In this document: in pieces, positions 7,691 to 17,382 of the stretch
How positions within the stretch are numbered: the first letter of the stretch is position 1
How the letters are laid out: every line of letters begins with the position of its first letter
From: a virus
Lineage: Duplodnaviria; Caudoviricetes
Strand: one strand, 5' to 3'
DNA length: 34,944 nt
IMG/VR virus record: IMGVR_UViG_3300031576_001289
Coordinates: 1-34,944 of that record
Position numbers and translations under genes: made by a program
Notes under the pieces: model-generated
What the model was told of the DNA's origin: nothing
Database searches by the model: none
What the model saw: only the letters and a program-made list of their open reading frames with translations

Positions 7691-8427
7691 GGGAACGTCC
7701 CTTCGATCTGGAGCGTGTATGTCGTTGAGAGGTCGCCTTCGCCTTGCGGGTGCGTGAATTTGAGCCAAACCCCGATTGTCTCGCCTGGGGCGAGCGTCCC
7801 GGTCGGCACGACCTTTGCCGTGTCGTCGAACGTGAGCCCGGCGGGGGCGGTCGTCCGGTTGGTGACGGAGCCGCTGTCGCCTTTCGAGGTGGCGAGCGCG
7901 TGCGTGACACGGGCGGCCGGGTCGGCGCTCTGCGAGACGAGGGCGCTGTTGAGTGAGTCGGTCGCGTGGGTGTTCTTCCAGAACACCTTGTAGTAGCGGC
8001 TCGTCCCGGCCGTCGCGGAAGCCTGGAACTCGCGGTGGACGGCGAGGAAGCCGCGCTCACCGACCGGGATCGTGCCGACTGTGGTCCCGGCGACGCTGCG
8101 GCGGACGGTGACGACACCGGCGGCGTCCGCGCTCATCGAGACTTTGAGGACGCGGGCGACGACGCCGAGCGTGGACAGGATCACGGCGGTGGTGCCGTTC
8201 AGGGTGACCGTCTGCTCTGCGACTGTCCCGTCGAGCTTGCGGCCGCGGACGGTCACGCTCTGCGTCGTGTCGCCCGCGGCGGAGGAGACGACTTCGATGT
8301 CGTCGTCGGCGGCGAGCGGCGTAAACGCGACGCGCACGTCGGGGTCGATGGCGCCGCCGGAGGTGGCCGAGTCGTCGGCTGGCATGTTCGCCGAGGCGTA
8401 GCAGACGAGGTCGGTGATGGAGCCCAT
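7687..8427 (-). CDS. Beta-rich virion structural protein
   Basis: T/V/A-rich, within the tail region. Confidence 0.65.
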   Translation of the reverse strand: MGSITDLVCYASANMPADDSATSGGAIDPDVRVAFTPLAADDDIEVVSSAAGDTTQSVTVRGRKLDGTVAEQTVTLNGTTAVILSTLGVVARVLKVSMSADAAGVVTVRRSVAGTTVGTIPVGERGFLAVHREFQASATAGTSRYYKVFWKNTHATDSLNSALVSQSADPAARVTHALATSKGDSGSVTNRTTAPAGLTFDDTAKVVPTGTLAPGETIGVWLKFTHPQGEGDLSTTYTLQIEGTFP

Positions 8428-9855
8428 CTAGGACGTCACCTGCTTCCACACGGCGGCGCCGGCGGCCGCGGACACGCACCACCACACCTGCTGGTTGTAG
8501 TGCCAGGTGTCTCCGGCGCTGATGCCGTCGGCGGCGTCGTCGGTGCTGGTTGGGGCCGCGAGCCCGATCCAGACGCGGGATACTGACGCGGTGGTGAGCA
8601 GCTCCCCGAGCGTCTTCTGCGCGGCGCCGACGACCTCCCACGGCAGCGCCGCCACCTGCGCCACGGGGACGCTGAGGGTGGGGAACGCGACCTCTAAGGC
8701 GAGCCCGTTGAGACGGATCACGGGTGACGCGTCGGCGGTGAAGCCCCACCGGTACTTGAGCGCGTTCAAGGCGGCGGCGGTCCAGGCGCCGCCGGACGGC
8801 TTCGTTGTCAGCACCTTGCTCTTGAACGCTTCCGCGGTCGTGTTCGGGTCGAGCGCAGACTGCACGGTCGTCAGCGAGGTGCCGCCGTCGTCGGTGACCT
8901 TCGACGTGTACACGGAGCCGCCCGCCGTCGTGTCTTGCTGCACCGCTTCGACGACGCTGATCGCCACGGGCGTCTCCGACGTGTTGGGGAAGTCGTACTC
9001 GAGGTATTGGGCGGCGTTGGGGGCACCTGTGGCGTAGACGCGGTCTGTGGAGCCGCCGATCGGGACGTCGTCGATGCGTCCGGCGGAGACGGCGTCGGCG
9101 TTCGTGACAGCGACGCCAGTGGCGCCGTCATGCTCGAAGAAGAAGGCGGAGGGGGACGCGTCGAGGTTATGAGCGGCCGGAGCGGACGGCGAGAACAGCT
9201 GCACGTGGTGGTCGTCGAGGTAGGCGGTGACCGCTGTGGAGAACAGCAGGTCTTGGATGTCGTACACGTAGCCGGTATGGGTGGCGTTCGAGCCGATCTG
9301 CCGGTACTGAAGCTGGCGGGTGGCGACGGCCAATGAGATCGCGTCGCCGTTGACCCAGGAGCCGCCGTGCGGCTTCATCCGCCACGTGACCGCCCACGGG
9401 TTCGCGGACGTGTCGATCGAGACTTCGACGATGTACCAGGTGCCGTTGACGGGGACGGTGGCGTGGGTCTTCGTGTCGAGGGTGCCGGCGGAGTCTGCTC
9501 TCAGCTTGATCCGCTGCGACGCGGCCTCGCCGGTGTTGCGGCCGTCGACTCGGACCTCGACGAAGTGGGTGTTGGTGTTGTCGTAGATGTGCAGGATCGG
9601 CCGCTCGCCGCCGCCGGCGCCGATGCCGGCGAAGTCGGGTCGCCACGCGAACGGGACGACGACCTTGTTGACGGTCGGGTTGAAGTCCTTGACGAAGTGG
9701 CCTGGGCTGGCGAGGTTGACGTGCAGGTAGTAGCCGCCGGAGGCCGGCCGCGGCGTCGTTGAGATGACGGTGATGCCCGCGGTGGGGTTGATCGCGAACG
9801 GGCCGATCGCGGTGAGTGTCCCGTGCGCCGGGCCGATGATGTCGACGATCGCCAT
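8428..9855 (-). CDS. Putative receptor-binding/fibre protein (lectin-like beta sandwich)
   Basis: Beta-rich, TWYIVEVSID, KPSGGAWTAAALNAL; C-terminal APTSTDD...GDTW...AAVW module. Confidence 0.6.
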   Translation of the reverse strand: MAIVDIIGPAHGTLTAIGPFAINPTAGITVISTTPRPASGGYYLHVNLASPGHFVKDFNPTVNKVVVPFAWRPDFAGIGAGGGERPILHIYDNTNTHFVEVRVDGRNTGEAASQRIKLRADSAGTLDTKTHATVPVNGTWYIVEVSIDTSANPWAVTWRMKPHGGSWVNGDAISLAVATRQLQYRQIGSNATHTGYVYDIQDLLFSTAVTAYLDDHHVQLFSPSAPAAHNLDASPSAFFFEHDGATGVAVTNADAVSAGRIDDVPIGGSTDRVYATGAPNAAQYLEYDFPNTSETPVAISVVEAVQQDTTAGGSVYTSKVTDDGGTSLTTVQSALDPNTTAEAFKSKVLTTKPSGGAWTAAALNALKYRWGFTADASPVIRLNGLALEVAFPTLSVPVAQVAALPWEVVGAAQKTLGELLTTASVSRVWIGLAAPTSTDDAADGISAGDTWHYNQQVWWCVSAAAGAAVWKQVTS

Positions 9856-9858
9856 CGG

Positions 9859-11292
9859 CTACGCGCCGACGTACGAGTCGACGGCCGCGATGTTCGTGAA
9901 CGTGCGCGGCAGCCCCGTCACCGGGTCCGTGAACGTCGCCGACGCCGCCGCCGTGCGGCTCGTGTTGACGACCGCCCAGCCGCCCGTCCACCGCTGCGCG
10001 CGGATCGAGCCGCTGACCAGCTGCCCGCCGACCTTCGTGCCCCACGCGATCTTGTGCACGGCGTCGATCCAGCCGGGCGTGAAGAAGGCTGAGGATGCGT
10101 CGATGGCGCCGGACCCGGTTACACGCATCGACGCTGCCGCGTACCGGATGTTCGTGAGGTCGGTGAAAGCGCCGGCGCCGAACCCCATGCCGCACTGTCC
10201 CGCCGCGAGCGACGTCGCGTACAGGCCCGCCGTGTGCGGCAGCCACCAGTCGTACCAGGCGACGTCGTCGGTCGAGCGGCGGATCCCCTGCGACACGGTG
10301 GTGCAGTACTCGGCGATCATCATCGACACGTGCGGGCCCACCTGAGCCCACCACGCGTTCTCCGCCGCCCCCGTGTTCGAGGCGCCCTCCCCGGAGATGA
10401 ACCAGTGCGTGTTCGCGGCCACGTAGAAGCCGTCCGCGATCAGCTGCGCCGCGACCGCCTGCAGGCAGGCGACCGTCGCGGCAGCCCATGCCTGCGGCGT
10501 GCTGTACGCCACCACGAGCGCCCCGGACGAGTCCTTGCGGTAGTACGGCCAGCCGCCGTTCTGCGTCCCCGACGATACGAGGATGTTGTCGAAGAAGACG
10601 CCGTCCCAGCCCTGCGTCAGCATCTGCCCCTTCAGGTACTGGTAGGCGAGCGCCTGATACGACGCGGACGCGCCGTCGACGAGCCACGAGTTGAAGGGCG
10701 GGTAGTAGAGGGGGTTGCCGGCGGCGTCGTACAGCTGCCACCGGTCGGACGGGAAGTTCGCGTCGTGATACTTGACCTCCTCCGTGGGGACGGAGGTGCC
10801 GGCCGCGAACCGGTTCGTCTGCGGCACCGCGGCGGACGTCGCCACCGACGCGTACGTCTGCGTGCCGAACGCGGACTGCGCCTCGAGCAGCGTCTTGTAC
10901 ATCAGCAGGCGGCCCTTCGGCGGCGGCTGCGCGGCAGCCCACGCCTGCCACGCCTGCCGGTTCGCGTCCTGGTTCGGCGACAGCACCAGCCAGCCGACAT
11001 ACGGGTAGCGGCTCGTGTCGGTGAACACGTTGGCGCCGTAGTTGAAAACGAGCAGCCCTTCCGTCAGGAACGCGGAGACCGGCGGGGGCGACGTTGAGCC
11101 GACGACCTCAACCCAGACCGCGGCGCCGGCGGCGGCGCTGCCGCAGATCCACACGCGCTGCGTGATCGGGTTGGTCCAGTGTGCGCCGATCGTGTAGCCG
11201 GCCGCTGCGTCGTCGGTGACCGTGGGGGCGCGCGGCCTGACGAAGTTGAGCGCGACAACCGCGGGCGACGGGGTGGCTCCGACGACGCCCAT
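9859..11292 (-). CDS. Tail-associated putative glycoside hydrolase (GHL15-like TIM barrel)
   Basis: WLVDGAS..YQ, GWDGVFFDN, MIAEY, QRWTGGWAVVN; N-terminal fibre module. Confidence 0.6.
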   Translation of the reverse strand: MGVVGATPSPAVVALNFVRPRAPTVTDDAAAGYTIGAHWTNPITQRVWICGSAAAGAAVWVEVVGSTSPPPVSAFLTEGLLVFNYGANVFTDTSRYPYVGWLVLSPNQDANRQAWQAWAAAQPPPKGRLLMYKTLLEAQSAFGTQTYASVATSAAVPQTNRFAAGTSVPTEEVKYHDANFPSDRWQLYDAAGNPLYYPPFNSWLVDGASASYQALAYQYLKGQMLTQGWDGVFFDNILVSSGTQNGGWPYYRKDSSGALVVAYSTPQAWAAATVACLQAVAAQLIADGFYVAANTHWFISGEGASNTGAAENAWWAQVGPHVSMMIAEYCTTVSQGIRRSTDDVAWYDWWLPHTAGLYATSLAAGQCGMGFGAGAFTDLTNIRYAAASMRVTGSGAIDASSAFFTPGWIDAVHKIAWGTKVGGQLVSGSIRAQRWTGGWAVVNTSRTAAASATFTDPVTGLPRTFTNIAAVDSYVGA

Positions 11293-11582
11293 CAGGCCAC
11301 CCCTATGTCCTGCAGAAACGTGCCGAACACGTTCAGGGCCTCGTTTAGCGTGGTCGCGTCGACGTCGATCGTCCTGTCCGCGTTCACTCCTGTGACTGTG
11401 TAGGCGGGGAGGCCTCCGATGCGAACCGTGACGTCGACCTCGTCGCCTCCGGCGTCATCGGCGACCGTGAGCCCGATGCCGGAGCCTTCGATCAGGTTGA
11501 CGCGGGGACGCGTGCCGACGTCGGCGCCGGAGTTCTTCCGGAAGATGAGAGTGGCACCCCCTGGCGGCGGGTAGTAGGGCAT
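11292..11582 (-). CDS. Small virion protein
   Basis: TRPRVNLIEGSGIGLTVADD, a fibre-like beta motif. Confidence 0.65.
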   Translation of the reverse strand: MPYYPPPGGATLIFRKNSGADVGTRPRVNLIEGSGIGLTVADDAGGDEVDVTVRIGGLPAYTVTGVNADRTIDVDATTLNEALNVFGTFLQDIGVA

Positions 11583-12017
11583 CTAGAGCTCCGTGACGTA
11601 GGCGAAGCCGCCGGCGTCGGACGCCCAGGTGCCGCTCACGAGGCCCGTGTAGATGGGGTCGGCCATCTCGACGGTTCCGTAGGGGGCGAGCCGCCACGTG
11701 TACGACGTCGGCGAGGCGGCCGCCCCGTACTTGACGTAGAGGACGGCGGGGGAGTCGTTGACGATGATCAGCCCGGCGCGGCCCGCGTTCGGGCCGGCGA
11801 GCGTGACCGCAGACCCCGACACGTCGGGAACCTGGGTGACGGCCGCGGAGGCGACCTTGGGTGCGCGGACGGGCAGCGGGTTGGTGGCGCTGGCGTCGAC
11901 CGCCTGCCCGGTTTCGCCGTGCTCGACCTTCATGCGGACGTGCTCGACGCCGCTGATGGTGTCGGCGGCGAACGTCTTGTTCGGGACTGCGCCTTCCGCG
12001 TCGGTGGTGAAGCTCAC
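11583..12017 (-). CDS. Small beta-sandwich virion protein
   Basis: RAGLIIVNDSPAVLYVKYG. Confidence 0.7.
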   Translation of the reverse strand: MSFTTDAEGAVPNKTFAADTISGVEHVRMKVEHGETGQAVDASATNPLPVRAPKVASAAVTQVPDVSGSAVTLAGPNAGRAGLIIVNDSPAVLYVKYGAAASPTSYTWRLAPYGTVEMADPIYTGLVSGTWASDAGGFAYVTEL

Positions 12018-12030
12018 GGCCTACTATCGG
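12018..12030 (-). promoter_or_regulatory. Late motif copy 3
   Basis: CCGATAGTAGGCC immediately before GTG 12017. Confidence 0.8.
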
Positions 12031-12035
12031 CCGCG

Positions 12036-15000
12036 CTACAGGCTGATCACGCGGTCGAGCGCCGCCTTCAGCTCGGCCGCCCAGGCTTCGGCGATGCGGT
12101 AGTCGGGCTGGCCGATGAGATGGCCGATGTGCACCTGGACGCCGCCTGCGAGGCCGCGGCCGGCCGCGAGTTGCTCGAGCGCGCGGGTGAGGTGCCGGTC
12201 GATCACCGTCTCGCCCGGTGAGACCCTCGCGAGCATCGTGTCTTCGCGGCCCATCCACACACCGGGCACTTTGCCGCCGTGCGCGAACCCGATCGGGCCG
12301 CCGCCCTTCGTGGCGATGTTGCCCATGCCGGCGTTCACCGGCGGCCCGCCACCATCGGAGGTGTTGCCGGTGGCGTCCGCGAGGGCGGCGATCGCAGCCG
12401 CCAGCTCCGCGATCGCCTTGCGCACCTCGTCGAGGGACTGCTGGAACGCGGCCGCGAACATGGCGCCGATCAGCGCCCCCGCCTCCGCCAGGTCGAGGCC
12501 GTACTCGGCCAGCAAAGCAAGCAGCTGCGCCTGCGCCTCCTCGGCGGTCAGCTTCTCGGTCAGCAGCCCCTGCTGGATCTCGATCAGCCGCTGCTGGAAC
12601 TTCTCGCGCAGCAGCTCCCGCTCGACACGTATCCGCTCCCGCTCGGCCTCGAGCGCTTCGTCGGCTGCGCGGCGCTCCGCGTCCGCCTGTTTCTGCAACC
12701 CGGCTTCTGTCTCGTCGAGCATGAACTCCTGCAGGTCCTGCTGCGCCTGCGCGAGCTCCTCGAGGCGCCGCATCTGCTCTTCCGGCGTTTCCCCTGGCGG
12801 CGCCTGAGAGAGCTGCGCGATCCGCCGCTCGATCTCCGCGCGTCTGCGGGCGCGGCCGGCCGCGTCACGTCCTTCCCTGAACTCGCGCAGCCTGCGCTCG
12901 CCAGGTGTTTCCTCGCCAGCGCCGATCTCGAAGCCGAAGCGGGCGACCTTGGCGCGGGCGTTCCGGATCAGCCGGTCGGTTTGCGCGTCGAACACCCTGA
13001 GCGCCTTGTCGGTCAGCCGCTGGAACGCCTCCCCGAACGCGTCGCGTTTCGCGGCCACGTCGTCGCGGAGCCGATCGAGCGCTCGTTCTACGGTGTCGCG
13101 GACGCGGTCCATGTCGCGCTTGATCCTGTCGAGCTGCTTCTCGGTGACGACATGCCCGAGCTCCTCCTGCAGCCGCTTCAGCCTTGGCATCAGCTTTTCG
13201 CGGATCTCGTCGGGCAGGTTCGCGATCCGGTCGGCCAGCTGGCGTGCCATCCGTCTGGCGCCGGGCAGCTGGTCGCGGAGGCTCATGGCGTCAAACCACG
13301 CGTCCTGCAGCTTCGACAGCTTCTTGCGGAGCTTCGCGAGTTCCTTGTCGGTGTCGACGTTGCCGAGCTCGGCGAGCAGGGCGGCGAGCGCCTTGCGGAA
13401 CTTCGCCTTGAGCTCCGGCGACGCGAGCCGGCCGATCATCCGCTTCATCGCGTTGAGCGTCGCGCGAGGGCCTTTCAGCTCGTCACGATCGAACTTGTCG
13501 GTGTCCGTGCCTGTGCCTGGGCCGACGAGATCGGCCGCGTCACCGAAGGAGACGCCGGCGCCAGCCGCTCCGGTCTCGTACGCCGCTGGGCTCGGAGTGG
13601 GCGCTGTCTTGGTGGTGCCGCCGGTCTTGGCGAGGTCGACGGGGTTGCCGCGGTCGGTCGCGATGTGCACGTGCGTGCCGGCGCCGGCGTTGACAGCGAA
13701 GCCGATGATCGCGCCCTTGCCGAAGAACACGCCGGCGCGGCGCGCGGTCGACCGCATGTGCGTGATGAAGTAGGAGGTGCCGGACTTCCCCAGGTAGGTG
13801 ATCTGGTCGCCGAACACGATCTTCGTGCCGACCCTCGTCGGCGTCGCGGGGCCTTCCCTGAACTGGACGACCCGCATCGGCTCCGGGGCGAGCACCGGCG
13901 TGCCAGGCCGCACCTTCACGTCGACGGCGTTCCGTGACTGCCAGTCAGCCTGGTCGTGCGTGCCCTGGCCCGGCGTGCCGATGATGCCCTGGTTCTGGCC
14001 GGCCGGGATCGGCGCCGTCAGCCCGCCCGGCAACTGCGTCGCCGTAGCGTCCGGCTTCAGCCACCAGGCGTCGGGACCCGGCGCCTTCTTGAAGACGCTC
14101 TCCCAGACCGAGTTCCACTTCTTCCCGAAGCCGGTGTCGGAGAGCGCCCCCTTGAACGTGAAGCCGACGACGACGCTGATCGTCCACGGGTTGCGGCTCA
14201 ACGCCTTCAGCGCCCCGAGCAGACCTCCTGAGGCTCCCGCCGCGGCCGCGCCCCCGACCAGGCCGCCGCCGATCAGCGCCGCACGCAGCTTCGCGACCCG
14301 CGACAGCATCACGGCGCCGAACGCGAGCTCGCCCGCCTGCACCATGTCGATGCTGAGCGCGCCCGTCAGCGGCGAGAGAGCTTTCTTCACGTTGCCGATC
14401 GCCCTCGCGAAGCCCTGTGCGAACCCGGCCGCCGACCGGAACGCGTCCGCGAAGCCGTCACGATGCTCAACCAGCCAGCTGCCGAGGTTCCGCAGCGCCG
14501 GCACAGCGTGCTCCTCCAGCCACATCGAGAGCCGCTGCACGCCAGCGGCGAACTCCGGCTTCGACGACCAATCCACGATCGCCTGCATCCCCCGAGTGGC
14601 CAGTTTGAAGAACGGCTCCATCGCCGTGCCGGACGCCTGGTTGAAAGTGTCCTTGATCGTCGACAGCAGACCCGCGAACGAGTGCGACTGCGCCTCCGTC
14701 AGCCCCTTGAAGCGACGCTCCGTGTTCGACACGAACGCGGCCATGAACGCCTCCGAGGAGACGGCGCCCTTCGACACCAGCTCCATCGCCCGAGGTACCG
14801 ACACGCCGATCTCGCGCGCCAAGTCCCGCCAGGAGAAGGTGCCGGCCTCGTTCAGCTGCATCATCTCCTCGGCCATCACGCGGCCCTTCGACTGGATCTG
14901 CGTGATCGCGCGCACCGTCGACTCGAGCGCCTCCGGGCTGCCGCCCATCGCCGACACCGCCTCGCCGACCGCCCCCAGGATCGGAATGATCTTCTTCGCC

Positions 15001-15416
15001 TCGAACCCGACCGACAGCAGCCGCTGCGAGAGCGGGATCAGGTCCTTGAACTCGAACGGCGTCTTCGCCGCGAACGCCGCCAGCTCACCCAGGAACCGTC
15101 GGGCCTTCTCCCCCGACCCGAGCATCGTCTTGAACGCGATCTCGGCCCGCTGCTTCAAGTCGTTGAAGCGGAAGCCGGCGAAGACGATCGACCCGGCCAG
15201 CCCGGCAGCGCCGAGCCCGCCGATCGTGACCGCGGCCCTGGCCGCCACGCCCCCAATCGCAAGCAGGCTCGACCGTGCCGACCGGCCAAACGAGACGACG
15301 CGGCCCTCGTTGCGGCGCGCCGCAGTGCCGACCCGGTCGATCGCATGCTCCGTCTCCGCGCCCGCCCTGCGCGCGCCCCGCGACACTCCGTCGAATCTCA
15401 CCTCGACCCTAGACAT
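12036..15416 (-). CDS. Tape measure protein with internal M23-peptidase-like domain
   Basis: AFKTMLGS...FAAKTPFE...QIQSKGRVMAEEMMQL tape-measure domain; AVD...PGTPVLAP...THM...GTHVH; coiled coils. Confidence 0.95.
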   Translation of the reverse strand: MSRVEVRFDGVSRGARRAGAETEHAIDRVGTAARRNEGRVVSFGRSARSSLLAIGGVAARAAVTIGGLGAAGLAGSIVFAGFRFNDLKQRAEIAFKTMLGSGEKARRFLGELAAFAAKTPFEFKDLIPLSQRLLSVGFEAKKIIPILGAVGEAVSAMGGSPEALESTVRAITQIQSKGRVMAEEMMQLNEAGTFSWRDLAREIGVSVPRAMELVSKGAVSSEAFMAAFVSNTERRFKGLTEAQSHSFAGLLSTIKDTFNQASGTAMEPFFKLATRGMQAIVDWSSKPEFAAGVQRLSMWLEEHAVPALRNLGSWLVEHRDGFADAFRSAAGFAQGFARAIGNVKKALSPLTGALSIDMVQAGELAFGAVMLSRVAKLRAALIGGGLVGGAAAAGASGGLLGALKALSRNPWTISVVVGFTFKGALSDTGFGKKWNSVWESVFKKAPGPDAWWLKPDATATQLPGGLTAPIPAGQNQGIIGTPGQGTHDQADWQSRNAVDVKVRPGTPVLAPEPMRVVQFREGPATPTRVGTKIVFGDQITYLGKSGTSYFITHMRSTARRAGVFFGKGAIIGFAVNAGAGTHVHIATDRGNPVDLAKTGGTTKTAPTPSPAAYETGAAGAGVSFGDAADLVGPGTGTDTDKFDRDELKGPRATLNAMKRMIGRLASPELKAKFRKALAALLAELGNVDTDKELAKLRKKLSKLQDAWFDAMSLRDQLPGARRMARQLADRIANLPDEIREKLMPRLKRLQEELGHVVTEKQLDRIKRDMDRVRDTVERALDRLRDDVAAKRDAFGEAFQRLTDKALRVFDAQTDRLIRNARAKVARFGFEIGAGEETPGERRLREFREGRDAAGRARRRAEIERRIAQLSQAPPGETPEEQMRRLEELAQAQQDLQEFMLDETEAGLQKQADAERRAADEALEAERERIRVERELLREKFQQRLIEIQQGLLTEKLTAEEAQAQLLALLAEYGLDLAEAGALIGAMFAAAFQQSLDEVRKAIAELAAAIAALADATGNTSDGGGPPVNAGMGNIATKGGGPIGFAHGGKVPGVWMGREDTMLARVSPGETVIDRHLTRALEQLAAGRGLAGGVQVHIGHLIGQPDYRIAEAWAAELKAALDRVISL

Positions 15417-16137
15417 CAGGACTGCTCCCAGAGCTGCTCGAGCGGATCAGGGCCGTCGCCGCGCCACGGGATGCCGCGCAGCTCCCCGAGGTCGGGCATC
15501 GGGTACCCGTCAGGCTGGAAGACCGGGCCGCCTGCAGGTGCGCCACCGGCGGGCTCCTGCTCGGCTAGACGGGCGTAAGCGTCTCGAAGGTGGAGTCCGA
15601 AGGCTCCCCAGCTGACGTCTCGCCACCATTCGGGCCCCCACCGGTTGACCCGTCCGAGCCATAGGATGGCTTCTGCGAGTCCGTGGTCGAGCCGAAAGGG
15701 TCTTTCCCCTCTTCCTGCACCGCTGCGGCGCTTTGGTGTGTTGCAACACCGTCTGGGTGGTCTTCCGCGGCGGCGGGGGATGCGAGGGTGGCGGCGACGG
15801 CGGCGGAGGCGGATTCGTCTCCGGAGAGGAAGCCGATCGCGGCCAGCGTCTGATCCTGGTCGAGGTCGAGATCCGGGGCGTCCGGCGTCTTCTCGCGCAC
15901 GTAGCGCATGACGAGGCCGTAGGCGTCCTCGAGCACGTCGGCCATCTGCGCGGCGTCGCCCTCTGCGAAGGAGAGGTTGATGCGGGTCTCCATCCGCAGC
16001 AGCCCAACCATCTCCGGCACCGACAGGCTGCCGCGCACCGGGAACTCCCGCCGCTCCCGGCTGCCGTCGACGTTGACGGTTGATGCGAGGACGCGGTCGG
16101 CGGGGGCGAGCAGGTCGAGGTCGAGGACGTCCGCCAT
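15416..16137 (-). CDS. Tail assembly chaperone, long form via -1 frameshift
   Basis: In-frame slippery C CCT TTC at 15700-15694; the -1 frame ends in a TGATG overlap with the tape measure gene. Confidence 0.75.
15565..16137 (-). CDS. Tail assembly chaperone, short form
   Basis: Acidic protein between tail tube and tape measure. Confidence 0.8.
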   Translation of the reverse strand: MADVLDLDLLAPADRVLASTVNVDGSRERREFPVRGSLSVPEMVGLLRMETRINLSFAEGDAAQMADVLEDAYGLVMRYVREKTPDAPDLDLDQDQTLAAIGFLSGDESASAAVAATLASPAAAEDHPDGVATHQSAAAVQEEGKDPFGSTTDSQKPSYGSDGSTGGGPNGGETSAGEPSDSTFETLTPV

Positions 16138-16140
16138 CGC

Positions 16141-17382
16141 TTAGCCCTGCCCGTGCGGGGCGGAGATCGACGTCACGTCGTTGACGAGCGTGACCTTGAC
16201 GTCGTAGCCGGCGGTGGTGTCGTAGCCGGCGAAGAAGTCGAGAGAGTCCATGCCGAAGCGCCGCTTGTTGCCCATCTCCGCGGGGGCGCCCTCGACGTAC
16301 ATGCAGGCGGGCATCTCGACCCACATCGAGTACGTGTAGGCGGTGGCGCCGATCACCTTCGTTTCCTTCCACCTGGCCTTGGCGGAGAAGGTGGTGCCGG
16401 CCAGGAGTGCGACGAGGTCGTCGGTGTCGAGGATCCGCTTCGGGATCGACCCGGTGACGGCGACCTGGTCGTCGCCGTGCTCCATCGCGTCCGGGAAGAA
16501 GCTGGGCACGGTGAGCCCGAGCGTGTTGATGGCCGCGAGCGGGTTCGCGATCGCGAGCGTGAAGTCCTGGGTGCGGCCTGAGGAGGTGAGCCAGGTGAGG
16601 GTGAGGTCGCGGCGGCGGAACGGCGGGATCGTCAGCGCGATCGGCGCCGGCACCGTCGTCGTGTCGGCTGCGGCGCGGGCGAACACGAGGCCGAGCAGCT
16701 CGGCGGTGAGCTCGCCGGCGGCGTTCAGGCCGAGGCTTGAGAGGCCGACGCCGTTGGCGGTGACAAGGACGTCCTCGGTCGCGTAGTTGATCTTGACCTG
16801 CGCCGTCTTGGCGTCGATCGAGTCGCGCTTCGAGAACACCCAGCGGGAGGCGCCGGTCGGGACGTTGACGTTGATGGCCTCGCCACCCACCGTCGCGGGG
16901 TGGGCTGAGCAGCCCGTGAAGGAGGTCGCCGTCTTGCCCGTGTAGGTGACGGTTGTTGCGAGCATCACGAACGCGCCCGAGGCGGCGAAGAGAGTCGTGT
17001 CGGCGACGTTGACGGTCGTCGAGTCGAGTGCGTTTACGCCCGTCGCCGTCGTCGCGTCGGGGTCGGTGACGAGCGCGCCGCCGGCGGTGAACACGCCCTT
17101 GAACCCGGCCAGCGACAGCAGCCAGGCGAGGTCCTTCGGGTAGGCGCGGATCGAGAGCGACCCGGCGACCTGGAAGCCGTCGATCAGCCTGGGCGGCGAC
17201 CCGAGCACGCCGCGGAGCTCGTCGGAGCGGTCGAGGTACTGCGGGCCCGGCCGCAGCACGGCGGAGCGGGCGGGCAGGTACAGCTTGTCGGTCGAGATTT
17301 GGTATGGCGTCGCCGCCGTGTTCGCCCCTTCGTAGACGGGGGACTCCTCGATCGCCATCTCGACGAAGTCGACAGCCGGCAT
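16141..17382 (-). CDS. Major tail (tube) protein
   Basis: Position; AIEESPVY...VAGSLSIRAYP...FTLAIANPL...VTGSI...VTLVN pattern. Confidence 0.8.
   Translation of the reverse strand: MPAVDFVEMAIEESPVYEGANTAATPYQISTDKLYLPARSAVLRPGPQYLDRSDELRGVLGSPPRLIDGFQVAGSLSIRAYPKDLAWLLSLAGFKGVFTAGGALVTDPDATTATGVNALDSTTVNVADTTLFAASGAFVMLATTVTYTGKTATSFTGCSAHPATVGGEAINVNVPTGASRWVFSKRDSIDAKTAQVKINYATEDVLVTANGVGLSSLGLNAAGELTAELLGLVFARAAADTTTVPAPIALTIPPFRRRDLTLTWLTSSGRTQDFTLAIANPLAAINTLGLTVPSFFPDAMEHGDDQVAVTGSIPKRILDTDDLVALLAGTTFSAKARWKETKVIGATAYTYSMWVEMPACMYVEGAPAEMGNKRRFGMDSLDFFAGYDTTAGYDVKVTLVNDVTSISAPHGQG

Noticed and set aside
9167-10951. Long alternative-frame or antisense ORFs (this one, and e.g. 12279-13937, 13798-15615, 18679-20631, 25193-26782, 26685-28556)
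   Set aside because: Arg/Pro/Ala-rich shadows of real genes, typical of high-GC DNA
5406-11292. Diversity-generating retroelement acting on tail genes
   Set aside because: No reverse transcriptase and no template/variable repeat pair differing at adenines was seen
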